A model generated the notes under the pieces. It was not told the DNA's origin. It did no database searches and worked only from the letters and a program-made list of their open reading frames with translations. A stretch of DNA of 63,396 bases, filler included, from Craspedostauros australis (lineage: Eukaryota), in assembly GCA_030167865.1 (NCBI GenBank). It is 15 parts of 15 records of this genome, joined end to end, with 100 filler letters (N's around TTAATTAATTAA, not from the genome) between each part and the next. Parts side by side here need not be neighbours in the genome. Positions count along the whole stretch, not along the records: positions 1 to 13,130 come from JALAGF010000789.1; 14 more parts are not named here. One strand, written 5' to 3'. Both the position numbers and the translations under genes were made by a program. This document shows positions 1-13,230 of the stretch, piece after piece. Positions within the stretch are counted from its first letter, which is position 1. Every line of letters begins with the position of its first letter.

Positions 1-290
1 AAGCAAATGGACAGTTTTGTGCATGGAGGGAATGCAGCCACCCACAGGAAGCCCCTTGTTCGATCTGCATGATGGGCGAACACACCGTGTATTGAACACA
101 AATTGAGGCATACAACGAACTACAGCCAAGCATTCCATTGTTGCTGTGGCACAGTGGCAACCAAGCAACTAATTCACNNNNNNNNNNNNNNNNNNNNNNN
201 NNNNNNNNNNGAAGAGATGAATTCCAGTTGCATCGCATACAGGAGCCACCCATGGACGAAACACTGTTGCGGTGGTGATGTTGGTGTACC

Positions 291-340
291 TGTTGTGGTT
301 GTTGTTGTGGTTGTTGTTGTGGTTGTTGTTGTGGTTGTGA
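291..340. repeat. (GTT/GTG)n microsatellite
   Basis: Direct reading of the sequence. Confidence 0.9.
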
Positions 341-3300
341 TTGTAACAGGAACGAAGTGCTCTGTGGAGCAACGATCTCTGTGGAGAGTTTGGGGTTGTG
401 AGTTTTGTGTGCTCTGTGCTGGCCGAAGACAGCAGCCTTGTTTTGTGCCGACCGGAGACGAAAGCACGCTCAGCAAACACCGACACAGTGTAAAGTGGGG
501 AAATGGAGCAATGACGAAGAGCGAAAGCAACTCGGGCGAATTTTTTGGGGAAAGCACCAATTATCCAAAAAAGAACGAAAATCCCATTTTATTCCGTCGA
601 GGATAAGAACTAGACGGAAACAAGTGATTTATGACTCAAACTCTATGAAATAGAGCCAATTATTGCATTTTGAACTGCCCCCCAAGGGTGCTCCAAATCC
701 GAATGTGATCCTGTCTCCGGTCAACCACACGAACGCAATGGTCCCGCGTTTCTCGAACTGGACGCCGTTCCTCCAGACGAGCCGCGGTTGGCGCAGAGAA
801 GTGCTGGCATGATGCACACCAGTGAGCTGTACCACCATGAAGAATGGATTGATGAGGGAGTATTCGTGTGTTGGTATGTACTCTATGGTAGGTATCATAG
901 GTACTGGAGATGGCAGGATCCTCTGGCGCGTCCGCGACCTTCTACCAGAAGCGAAGTGATGTTGTCTGTGAACGTGTGATGTTGGCGAGTTTGGATGCGA
1001 CCGAGGCAGAGGAAGAAGTATGGCACAAACATGACAGGCGGCAACGAGAACGTCGCACTCAGGATGTTGAACGCGATACGAGCTGCCCATGGTTATGCGC
1101 CCTGTTGTACAGTTGTTGCATCACTCTACTATATTCTGTTTCACCTTCTCTTTTTCGCACGTTCCTCGGCGTGAGTGCCTTCCACAATGCGCAAATGCAG
1201 CACATCGCAACTGGTACTCGTGTTGGCATTGTTGTGAACGCAACTCCAGCCTCCGATGCAAAGACATTCCGCAAGGGGCGGGGCGCAATTCTCCGACAAT
1301 GTGTCAATTGTTGTTGTTGTTGCTGAATGGAAGGTGTAGCACTCTTCTTCAGTGGGGCAGCGAGTCTGAACAAAGTATTCCACGAGCTGCTGACATGCGC
1401 GGACGGTATTCGTACTCGCACAAGGGAAATGGCCATCGCAGCGAATGGTGGTCCAGCAAGGATTAGCTCGGAACGCGAGGCAAGCCAAGCGCAAAGGGCG
1501 GTCTTTGGCCTCTCTGCCGCGCCACGATGAATCGCGAGTTTGTGTTGGCGGTGTGATCGGTACCTGAAGGATGTCAATTGTTGAGGATCCATCCTCTTGC
1601 GAGGAGAAGAAAAAAGGCAACCCTTGGCGAAAGAGTCCATCAATCCCCAAAGCGTATCAAGAAGTTGGTTGAGTTCGTCGTTGTGTGAATGCTTCACGAA
1701 GACCAAACACGAGTCTCCATCCATGCTCACCCTGCATGCAATGATTCTCTGTGCAAGAAATGGTGTGGACTACAAAGGCGGTCATGACCGCGCCATCGTC
1801 CGATCCATGAACTTGTTGATCCATCATGTGGCGCCCCATGACTTCGGTGTATTTATTCCAGAACCCCTACTCTACTTTGCAGATGGAAACGTTTCTACCT
1901 ATCGCATCCTTCCTCGTTGATGTGTGTGCTGTTTGTGCGTCTATTCTGCGAACATAGTATTCTACCTGTGGGTACAAGGACGGAGATTTGCGCGCGATTG
2001 CGTCTACGGCGCCTGATTGTGGGTACTGGTACATGGACGCATGCGCAACTCTCCGCAATCCACTCCGTGGCCTTATCGTCTCTCCCTTTCCAGGAAGACA
2101 GAGAGAGAGAAACAGAGAGACAAGGAGAGTGTGAATGTGTGCAGCGGCCGAAACTGTTCGTCACCAAGACCAATGTGGGGTTGCGGTGACGGACGCATCA
2201 CAAGTCAATGCACAAGCCAGCAGCGCAGAAAAAGACGAAGGAGACACACGGAACATGGCAACGACGAACCCAGCGATGACGATGGTCTTCGGTCAAAAGG
2301 CCAATGCAATTGCAACAATTGCGGCCTCATTCCAATCCAGTTGGCTGTGTCCCGTTTTGCTCTCCGCTGTTCGTATGTATCTTGCGTGGAGCGCTGGTAC
2401 TCGTATCATACTCTGAGTGGCAGAACAGACGGTCCGCGCTCTTCGCTCCTCTTGCCTCATCTTGCCTCCGCAGAGAGAGAGAGAGAGCCTCATCCAACCT
2501 TGGCATTGTTAAGATTGGAAACGCTTCACCACCCCCGTGGTATCCTCTGTGCTATCAACTGATTTTGCATACCGGTACCGTTCACGTTTCGATACCGTGT
2601 CATCGTCGTCGTCGTCGTCGTCGTCATCGATGTGGCTTTTCCTTTCGTTTGGCGCCTTGTCGGCATGCGCCGGCTGACCTTGTGGTTGTGAGATTTCTAC
2701 GGCGGTCCGTGCGGCCAATGGTGGTGCCATCCACAAGTTGGCTCCACAAAGGTGCACAGAATCACACACGGTCCGTTCCAACCTGCACTGGTGCCAAGCT
2801 CGTGCTCTATTCTACCACACGATGCTCTCACCAAGCTCTGACCCTCTGATGTGCCATGCATACTCCAATGTTGTCATTGAATCACACTTGAAGTCTGTGG
2901 GTGTTCTATTGGGTGTTTGCAAAGATTGCAAAACCGGCACTACGTGGTGACATCCTCTCTCCAGCGACAGCAACAACATCAGCCACCGCCATTGAAGTGC
3001 AACGCCCATGGGGCATACATTCCAGTGTCATGAGTAATCTCATTTTCGTGACGAATGTCGGTCTCTTCGTTGTTTGGCGACCACAAGGGCTCTCGTACGC
3101 TATTCCTACGTTCTTTGTTGGAGCTGCATAAATACGAATCCTGGATTGCGCTGCGCTTCTATTACGCCACGGTCGCGCCAATAGCCCGTGAAATAGCCCC
3201 GGGCTTGGACGCTGGAAACAACATCTGCAAAGTCGCCTCTCTCGTCAAGGGGCATTCCCCTCCGAAGACGTGGGGAAAAAAGAACACTGAGTCGATGTCG

Positions 3301-6121
3301 CTTTGGCACAAGCTGACGCCATCTAACCTGCGCGTCACGCGCATCGGGCATCGAGCGGCGCAGCAAGCGCGTATCTTCGGCATGTTTGCGTTGCATTCGT
3401 GATGAAAGTGCGTCGCCATGTCCAAACAAGGAGGCTTGTGTAGTCGTATTGTATCGACAGAACACTCGTGTGACTGTTCCTCCTCACTTTTTGAAATCCT
3501 TGACGGTTGCGATGCCAAGATCGGGCGAACACTTGCCACGTGATAGTCCTGACCTTGTTCAACGTCATGGCTGTGCGGGAAGAATCATCCTGAATACTTG
3601 CGGTGGAGGCGGGGTGCTCGTACCTTTAGATCGTGCTTTTACAGTGGTATCAGTAGCGTATTCAAATCCTGTTGCGCGAGCTGTGGGTGTGGGGTGAGGA
3701 GACAACAATGGGGCTGCGTTGGCGAGTACTAATCTATAATGTGTCGGAGTAGGGGGCGGAGGAATAGCAACAGCAACAGCAATGGCAGCAACAGCAACAA
3801 CGGTGTCCAAGTCTGCTCCAACAGAATATTGTTTTTGTGCAATACTATTCTATTCTATCATCCTATTATACGTGTATGCCACACCTGGTGTTGGTGCGAA
3901 AGGCTCACATTGGAGGTTGCGCTTCCAGCTCTGTGCGGAGAAGACCATTGTAACGCCACCGTTGCCACTGCCAGACCTGTTTCGTTTCTGGGAGGGCGAA
4001 AATGATCGATGCGTTTGGGAGGAGGAGGTTGAATGGTGCTGAAGCGGTGGGCCAAAGCCCATTATCTGCCTTGCTGTGCTCGTGCGAGCTGTGCAAACGC
4101 GATTCTTGGCCAGTCTCCGCAGCATTCTTTGTCCCACCTGTTCTTCGTGAGGTGTGTGCGGGAGGGGAGGGTGCGCTCTCTTCAATCTGGGCATCGCACC
4201 ACTCACGCCAATAGCGTACGATCTACTTGTATCCAGGCATGGCGTGGCTAGACAATGTATTGCAGAATAGTAGAAGAATATTCGTGCCAGGTGTCGTCCA
4301 GGTGGGCACCGATTTGGGTGCGCTCTGTGGAACTCTCTCGCGCACCTTGGATCTGCAATGCACCGCTCCTGTGATTCGGCCACGTGGTAGTTCTACCTTC
4401 CGGCACTATGCTGTACCACACCACAGTATCACGTAGAGCACTCTCGTTCACCCCACGCTGAAGCGCCCTGCCAGCATCAACATCAACGTCAACGTCAACG
4501 TCGACATGGACACCAACGTCATCGCCAACAGCAGCGAAGACGCTACTGCATGTTATACTCGGGAGCAGATAATTCGAGGGCAGAACCATCGCGACATGTC
4601 CAGCAATAGCGTGTCATGCCAACCTCGATCAATGCCAACCTTGTGCTAGCCACCTACGGGTGTGTGGATCAGTCAACTGTGCCATCAAAGGTCGGAGCGG
4701 TCCCACCAAAGACAGACGCAGCACCAACACTGTCAAAAACGATGGCAGGAGTTGCCCCGGAGCCAGAACAACAAGAAACAACACACATGCGAGCACATGT
4801 AGAGCAGAGGACTCTGCCTGGGGCAGCACGGGAGCGCCTTGCATCGACTTTCGTTGAGTTTCATTTTCTCTGCGGCAAGGGCAGGGCAGGGCATTTCGTC
4901 GCGAGACTTTGTGTTGCTTGGTACGTGTGGCAGAGTCCCCAAGGCCTGAACAAATAGTCTGAAGCTGTTTTCCCAACAACTAATCTCATGTGGGAGAGAG
5001 AGAGAGAGAGAAAGCAGGTGTCACAGATGGGCTCGATGCTCTCCCTTGCCAAAGTTGCAGAGAAATTGAATCGACCATCCTGTGTTCTCGTTTTCATCCG
5101 CAGAAGGCGCCAAATAGTTCACGGAACAAGCCCTATCTTCGTCGCGGTCTTCGTGTTGTCCCATCGTGATGGTCGTTTCTCACTTGCGCCACAACGAGTG
5201 CGAGACAGCAAATTGTGATGAGCTTCATGTCAGTCATGAATGACGGTTAAGTGTTCGCAGATCGACGCCGAAGAAACGAAAGAGTTCTGGTGTTCTTTGG
5301 CCGCTGAATAACTCCGCTGTACCTGTTCCCTGCAGCAGCGAACAATTTAACACTTTAGTGCTTTTTGCTCTCTTCATGCAGTCATCATGATTTGTGTCCG
5401 AAGAACGTCGCGGTTGAACCCTCAATCGCAACTCGCGAACAACGCTTCAATGTTGCGCCTGACGACGCGCACGAACGTGTCAGAGAGACAACAAACATGA
5501 ACTCTGGGGCCAAAGCCGCACTCACAAAACCATCAGAAACACATCTGCCCACAACTGCATTCAGAACACCAACCACCACCACTGCCACCGCTTCAGCACC
5601 GGCAACAGGAACAACAACAAACAAGAGCGACGGACAACCAACTCACGCTGGGACCACGACGACGCACCATCCACAAAAGTCCAAGCCAAAGGACGAACAG
5701 ATGAGACAGCACCGCCGAAACACAAAATCAAAAGCCTCATCGAATCGACACACGCACACACACTCACCAAAGCATCGAGAACATCCGCACAAACTTTGAC
5801 CCAACAAACAAACAAACAAACAGACCACCAACCCAACTACCAACCAGCAAATCGCATTCCATCCAAACCACTCATCCTCATAAATTCTGGATCTGAACAT
5901 AGCACAATCGCAACAACGATCGCACTCGTGCAAGACTTGCAAACGAACTCGCAACCACCACCACCACCGCCAACAACAACAACAACAACAACAACAGTAT
6001 CATCACTTACCCACCTATCCACATCCTGGAAGCATCAACCGCCTTTCGAGCATCGCGTACGTACCTACTGTTCCCTGCGAACCAAACCGAGACCGTCCAT
6101 TCCACAACGAAAGCCGGCTGA

Positions 6122-8793
6122 ATGATTTGTACTATGAGCCGAGATACACCGTTGCCTGCTGGCAATCATCCCATGATGATGGTCTCAGGAGGAACGACGA
6201 CAACACCACCATCACCCACCAACTTTGATGGCACCAACAACAGCAGCGGCGGCGACAGCAGGAACCAAACCAGAAGCCACCCACCCTCTTTCATTGCAGG
6301 CACGGCGAACGCACAAGAGCTGTCCATTCCATCAAGCACCAACCATCACGTGTCGGCAGCTGTTCGGGGTCCGCAGCAACCACGCGACGAGAGCGTGACG
6401 GTGCTTCCACCGAGCTTCGTCCCAGGCCGATGGGATGTCATCTGTCAGAGAGGCAAGGAATGCTTCGACCATGGTAAGTCAAAATACTCGTGCGGCAGCG
6501 AGCCGCGTCTTCTTTCTGTCACTCCGCTCCTTCTCCTCTCTGGTCTCGCCTCTTGCTTGCAGTCACGTGATCCAAACTCCCCAAACCGGTTTCCGTCTGA
6601 TTCTCGCACAAACTCACGCCACTTTGCCCTTCTTTTTGCGCTTTGGTTCGTTTTCTCATCCGCACTGTTGGCACTTTGCGCGGTTCCCTTGTTCGCGTTT
6701 GCTACGAATGCTCAACCACATCACTGCCGCTGTCGCCACGCCACTGCATTACTGCATCGCCCCATTCATTCTGCCTCCAAAATGAATGCCTATCATAGTT
6801 GGCAATCGTCGATTCAGGATGTGCATCGACCGCCACCTGAATGAGTACATGACGGCCAAGAACCGACAGCGCAAGTCGAAGATCGTGTCGAACATCATCA
6901 ATCATGTCCAGACCGGATCAGCCGGATCAGGCGGCGGATTCGTGCGGAAGGTACGTACAAGGAAGCATCCGTGTGGATCTGTTCGTGCTTCGGGTATGCC
7001 CAAGCTTCTGGGGACGAGCACCTCCAACGGACTCGCTTCCAGATTGTTTCCCGCCATTGCTGTGCCCACTCGATCTGCACCCAACCAACCCTGCTCACAC
7101 GTGCATACTCGTACAACTCGACTCGACTCTCTTCTGCTTCATGGTGCGAATTCACCCATTGGCCATTGCTATACTCCATCATACCATGCCCAACCGGATG
7201 AATTATACTCCACAGGACTTGCTCACCCGCCGATGGTTCAAGGTGGGAGAGAAGCATGCCAGGGAGAAGGTGGGCCAGGCTCTCAGAGATGCCATCAAAT
7301 CTCGACGTGCTGCATCTGGAAGGAAAACAAGCCAGAGCCCCTTGTTGCCCGACTCGTCATCGGCGAGAGCAGCATCTCCGCGAACGCCAACAAACCAAGC
7401 CAACGCATTCAACTACGACACGGGCAGCAGCAACAACAGCATTGGTATGGCAACTGTCCAGAGCGGCGGCACTGCTTCTGGTGAAGGCTCCGCTCAGCAC
7501 AAGAGCGGATGCAACATCCCAGACCAGATACCTTCCAGAGAAATTCGTCCGCTGGATCTCGGTGCCAACTCGACAACACAGAGAAGCGGAGATCACCACT
7601 CGATGTTGACAAACGATAGGAACAAGCATGGAGCGCAAACCTTCACGTCATCCCTCGGAATGAAGCTTGGGAGCTTGCACGCTGACAACCAAACTGGAAT
7701 GCCAACCGACACGACCAACAACGGATTGTGGTCAATCTTGAACATGGGAGGAAGCGGAACCAGTGCAAGCCAAGGCCACACGCACAGCGCTAGCAACAAT
7801 CCTGCTGGGCTAACCTCCGTCTCTGGTGGCTTGTCGGGCATCCACAATCGCAGCAGCAACGGAAGCAGCGGTGATGCTATCAACGGCCAGCGCAACGTGC
7901 AGGAGCCGATGTCGCTTCCGACGACACAATTCACAAACGAACAGCTGGCTTCTTTCCAAACATCGTCTGCATTGATGCGGCAAGCACAGAACGCTGATGC
8001 GCAGAAGCAGCAACAACAGCAACAACACATTCGGCCATCTGCTCTTCTCTCCCAATACCAACTGCAGAACCGACACAATCACCAATCGACGCAATCGTCC
8101 CAATCAACTCAACCATTACAGCTCCGCAACAACTTCGGCGACAACGCTGATGCCGCTGGCAATTCCACCTGCAATGTGAATGACTTTGAGCCCACCCCGA
8201 TCCACCAATCGTCCAGTTTGACGGCACCCAATTTCCTCCCCCAATTCCAAAACCCTGGATCGCTCCCCTCCATCAACCCTCTACCTTCGGTCGGAACAAG
8301 TCTAACGGAGGCGGAGCAGCGCTTGCTCCAGTCCTTGCCCTTCATTGACACATTCACTGCTTTGCGGTCTGCCTCGGAACAGCAGCATCAGCATCAGCGG
8401 TCCATGACAGCACCTGGGATCGACACGAACGCTCTTGGGAGCGTGTCGTTTGCACCAGCACCTACAACAACACATCCCAACGTCGCGATGCTATCACAGC
8501 AGGCAGCCACTCGCAGGAGTGAGCGATCATCTGCATTGGCCATGCCATCGTTTCCTTCTTCCGCACAAGCGGTTTCATTGCCTCCGTCCACAGTTGGACC
8601 ACACGGCGCTTCGACCTCATGGGCGGACCAGCGAAGTTCCCAGATACAACAATCTCAGCAGCAGCAGCAGCAGCAGCAACAGCAAGTGCTACAGGCGACG
8701 AGGAACTCAAACGCATATCCGGAGTGGTTGCTCGACCCCTTCAACGGAGACATTTTCGACGAAACTGGGCCATCTGACAGCCGTCAGCTGTAA
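6122..8793 (+). CDS. DUF6824-domain protein with long Q/S/N-rich tail; join(6122..6473,6799..6950,7216..8793), about 693 aa
   Basis: Splicing GT-AG introns 6474-6798 and 6951-7215 gives DVICQRGKECFDHVGNRRFR...KSKIVSNII...GGGFVRKDLLTRRWFKVGEKHAREKVGQALRD, the typical diatom DUF6824 pattern; exon phases are consistent. Start may be 6134. Confidence 0.9.
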
Positions 8794-10639
8794 TCAGAGC
8801 GCCCATCACAAAGCCATACAGTTTCGCATCACCACCAAGCGCACAATATCATCGACGCGGTTTCATGATGGTGGCACGACAATTATGCTGAGCATTGGCA
8901 CCTGCCAAGCGGTGCACCGTACGACTAGTAATTGTAAAGTCCCATCACACAAAGTAAAGCAAACATACTTGCGACAGTATAGCTCGCAGAGAGCAGAGCA
9001 GATTCAGTGGTTTTGATACTGATCGACAAACAGGCAGGGGTAGGCAGGGTAGGCAGGCCACGATCACAGCCACAACGCACAAGTACCTCCCATGACAACC
9101 CAGTCGATGCACTTCGACTCAGTCCACTCAAACTTGTTCCAAGCCCGCTGGTACTGGCCAATTGGGGATGGGGAAGGTGGTTGTTTTACGGATCGACGCA
9201 GATAGAAACGTGAAATCGCTGTTGCTCTGCCCTCGCCCTGCGCTGCTGCTGTCGTTGTTGCTGTTGTCGTTGCTCCATTTCGCCACCACATCACCACATC
9301 GTCGTGACAACGTCACTTCCTTTGGTCCAGCGAAAAAATAATCGATCCGCAAGATCAAACTTCTACCTTGGAATCCCATTGCTGGTCTCTTTGCATCACA
9401 CCAATAGTTGGTCAAGACCTGCAGTGCCGTTGGCGTTTGCAGCACGCATTTCGCATTATCGGGTTTGCCCCATGTGTCGCGAAGTTTGTCCGCAGCAATG
9501 TGGCAAGCGTTCTAATCCGAACAGATCTTCGCCATTGCCACATTCACAAGACACCAGCCCATGGCTGCTGTACAACGAAGCGTTCTCACCAAAGCGCACA
9601 CGATCCATGGTGCGCGCACGTGACCCCACCCTTCGGGAGCAAAACCGTATATTTTCTGCCTGGTGTTCATCACAAACGCCTCGTTCGTTCCTCGTTCTTT
9701 GGTTCGTTCCTCCGATCATCCATTCCCTCGTCCACTAGCTTTTGTTCTGGTTGTGTCCTTGGACACGAGCGCGCTATGAACATGCATGGATACCGCTTGA
9801 TCATGTCTTTCCTGCTCGTGGCATGGGCCTGCGAAGCGGTACCGTCAAGGAAGTGCACAGCAACACCAAGCTAATAGTACGTGCGCACCCTCCTCGTCAA
9901 GAAATCCATTCCGCCATCGAGCACGCAACGAGCATACTGATGCTCTGTTCTACGAGCTACTGTTGCGTATGGCTAACACTCATCTTCCATACTCTACTCT
10001 CCAGAGGCAGTGTGTCCGTGAAGTGTGAATGGGCATCTGATGAAGTTTTGCGGGAATGCGCATCGATGTGCGGGGTAGCTCATACACGGCTCGTGCGTGC
10101 CCACGACCAGAGTGGCATCATCCAAAATCGCCCCCAACAGATTGACAAGCTGCGTGGCTCACATCTGAAAAAGTTCCGGAAAGTATGCAGTTTGTGATGG
10201 CGAAGAAAACCTTTGAGAACCATGAACCGGTGAATCCGGACGCTTCTCCTTCACATTGCATCGCAGAACACATGCGAAGTTTCTGTGTGGCTTCCCATCA
10301 CTTCGGTACTCAAGTTCTACCGGGCTTACAACAAGAACACAAAGCTGCAAATTCACCCGAAGAGGCAGATGCAATGGCCGCATCAAATTGTTGTTAGCGT
10401 TGGCGATGCCGATCACGAACTTCAACAGTGAATGACTTGTCGCTGTTTCTGTGATGTCATGGGTTGACCACGTGATGCGTCAAGTGCATCCGAATGTCCG
10501 AATGGTGTCACCAGGTTTGCCCACAGGATCCATCTGACATCACTCAACTCTGTTGAAATGTCCGGGTGCTGTAGACTTGTTGGTAAAAGTAGACTGTTTC
10601 TGTTGAGGGTTGGTAACCTTTTCTCTGTCAGTTTTATGA

Positions 10640-11650
10640 GCTATTAGAGAATTCTCGCAGCCCGATTTCGGAGTCCCACGGAGGAATCATAACCAGATAG
10701 AGACATTTCTTGTGGGGTCACCCCGAAAACCATAATCGGAATCTGGTTTCAAACGGGCTCTTGAAACCGGGATAATCATTTCTTCCCGATTTCGTTGTGT
10801 CCCGCGAAAAGGTCTTCCACGTGTAGCAATTTCGGAACTGGCCAATCACAAAATTCTTTCGTTGTAGACTGTGCTCTTCTGTCCAGATGTAGACTACTCA
10901 AGCGTGTCAATTAGGCTGGTTGCTGTGTTGATGAACGCAAGTCTGGCACGTTGGCAAGAAAGTTGCTCATAAACGTTATTTCAAGTCTTNTTGCTCATGC
11001 TGGANATGGTTAAGAGTGGAGAGAGTGTTTGGGTTTGTGACGAGCACTTTCGAACTTCTCANCGGACGAGGACACCTTGGCAGAGAATGACAAGCCTCTA
11101 AGAACGCAGATGCAAAAGCAACGAAGCATGGAATTCAACAACAGAGAGTTATAGTCACATAAATGAAACGACAAATTCATTGAAGATTGTTCAACAGTGG
11201 CAAACGCAACCGAGGGTAGTAGACTCAACATTCTTGAGGGGTAGACTATTAGGGACCGATACAGTTTCTCTGAGGATCTGTTCGAGTACTGTTTTTGTTC
11301 ACGAAACGCTCCGAATTTGATTCCTCCGAACAATTTTTTGCGATTTCGGAGCAAACCAAACCGGTGTCACATCTCTGTCTTCGTGGGTGCTTGAAATCGG
11401 GAAGTGGCTGCTTGCGAGAATTCTCTATTAGAGAGGTCTCGCATTGTTTGGATTTCCATCGAGAGAGTCCCGCGAGGGAGTCATAACCTGATAGAGACAT
11501 TTTTCTGGGGGTGGCGAGAAAATCACCCCCTCGCTCGATGGAAATGATTTCCATTTGTGCAGCAGAAATGGAAATCACTTCCATCGAGAGAGTCCCGGCA
11601 AAAGTGTCACTTCCACAGGGAATATTGACTTTGGCCAATCATGTTGTGGT
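10640..11650. repeat. Two related transposon-end-like segments (about 10640-10870 and 11252-11650)
   Basis: Shared block GAGTCCC..GA..TCATAACC.GATAGAGACATTT...TGGGG at 10671 and 11465; GAGAATTCTC palindrome and GGCCAATCA in both. Confidence 0.55.
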
Positions 11651-11964
11651 ATTTCGTTCTAGTTTAGTCCTTCTTGTCCTCCACACCCGTCTACGTTTGC
11701 CGCCATCGTAGACTTTTGCGTTCGTTTTGGAACAACAAAGAGAAAAACATCATCCATCACATCGCCATCACATCGCCATCACATCGCCATCACATCACCG
11801 TCGCTCGATTCTCTCATCTCAAGACAATCATCCATCACAACCCACCTTATGACTATACCTCGATGCTCCACGTCGACCAACACCTTGCACAAGTTCTTGA
11901 GATCACCGCCACAGACAACTGCACGTGTCATTTCTGATGCATAGTCTTCTTCCTGCTATTCATC

Positions 11965-13130
11965 ATGGACAGCTCCCCGCCTCCCAAGGCTCCATCTATC
12001 GCCCCGTCGGAGACCAACAGCGACAGCGAGGCCACGCCAAGTGGAACGACTGGCACACCAGCAACCTTCGTCTTCCCACCATCAGTGTTGGGCAAGGATG
12101 AGAAACTCCCACCTGGTTTCGAGCGCTGTACTTACAGGTTCACTGTGGCACAACCTCCAGCCAACGTTGGCGCTGGCTCAGACGCGCGGAATGGCGACGA
12201 CGCCGATGCGATGGCCGACTCTGGGAAGCCTCGTGCTTCACCATCTGTCACCCATCAGCCTCCGGCAGAGCCATCGCCACTGAGCAACAGCAACAGCAGC
12301 AGGAGCAACAACAACAACAAGAAGAAGCGGGCGTACCGTCGCAAGAAGGCACCTGCACCTTCTTCCGCATCATCTGCGGTGGCGACAGCCAGTGATGGCA
12401 ACCTGCCAACCTCCGCCAGCGATTCTGCCCCCATCATCCGCAACCCCAGACGAAAATCATTCCCTCCCATGTACTACGATCTGAAGGGGAAGGTTGATTA
12501 CTTCCCATGGCTGGTGAGCCCCCAGCCATGTGACCGAATCCTCATCGACGTCATCGCCAGGGCTCCGAAAAAGCCTTGGATAGCTCCATACGGAGTTGCA
12601 TGGAGTGAGATCTGCAATGCGGTACATTACGAGAATTCGACGGTCTTCCCCACGGTCCCAACCGAGAAATCTCTCAAAGGGAGATTCCAGCATCTCATGA
12701 AGTTCACAGCTCAGTTCAACCACTCCCATCCTTGCAGGAGCGGCATGGCTGAGAGTGTGAAGTTGTGGCTCGACGAACTCACTGAAATCCAACAGGATCG
12801 TGAAGAGTACATGGTCGATGCCATCGCATCCTCCCGAAAAACTTTGGGGCGCAAGAGGATTTCCACAAGACAGGAGCAATGTATGCTCGGACGGCGCCCT
12901 CCTCGAGTGCAGTCAAAAGCTGGGGTAGCGAGAATGGCGCGGCGACAGAATGCGGCGGCGAGCAACAGTGACGACGCAACCTCAAGTTCGTCTTCTGTGG
13001 AGGTGGTAGCTTCCTCTGTGGAGGTGGTAGCTTCCCCGAAGCGGGGCCCAACCGCCCAGCAGCAGATTCAGCACACAGCCAGTCTCCTGGAGAAGCTGGA
13101 CGAAACCCAACGTCAGTTTCAAGCATGGCT
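11965..13130 (+). CDS. Myb/SANT-like DNA-binding protein, probably the accessory ORF of a PIF/Harbinger element (3' truncated by gap)
   Basis: DRILIDVIARAPKKPWIAPYGVAWSEICNAV...KSLKGRFQHLM helix pattern; candidate terminus TTA|GGGACCG at 11249-11258. Confidence 0.55.
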
Positions 13131-13230
13131 NNNNNNNNNNNNNNNNNNNNNNNNNNNNNNNNNNNNNNNNNNNNTTAATTAATTAANNNNNNNNNNNNNN
13201 NNNNNNNNNNNNNNNNNNNNNNNNNNNNNN

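Noticed and set aside
1..6100. Many overlapping 60-220-aa ORFs
   Set aside because: No recognisable motifs; microsatellite-driven or chance frames, though decayed genes cannot be excluded
13175..13186. TTAATTAATTAA as piggyBac target sites or a biological motif
   Set aside because: Always embedded in N runs; an artificial linker
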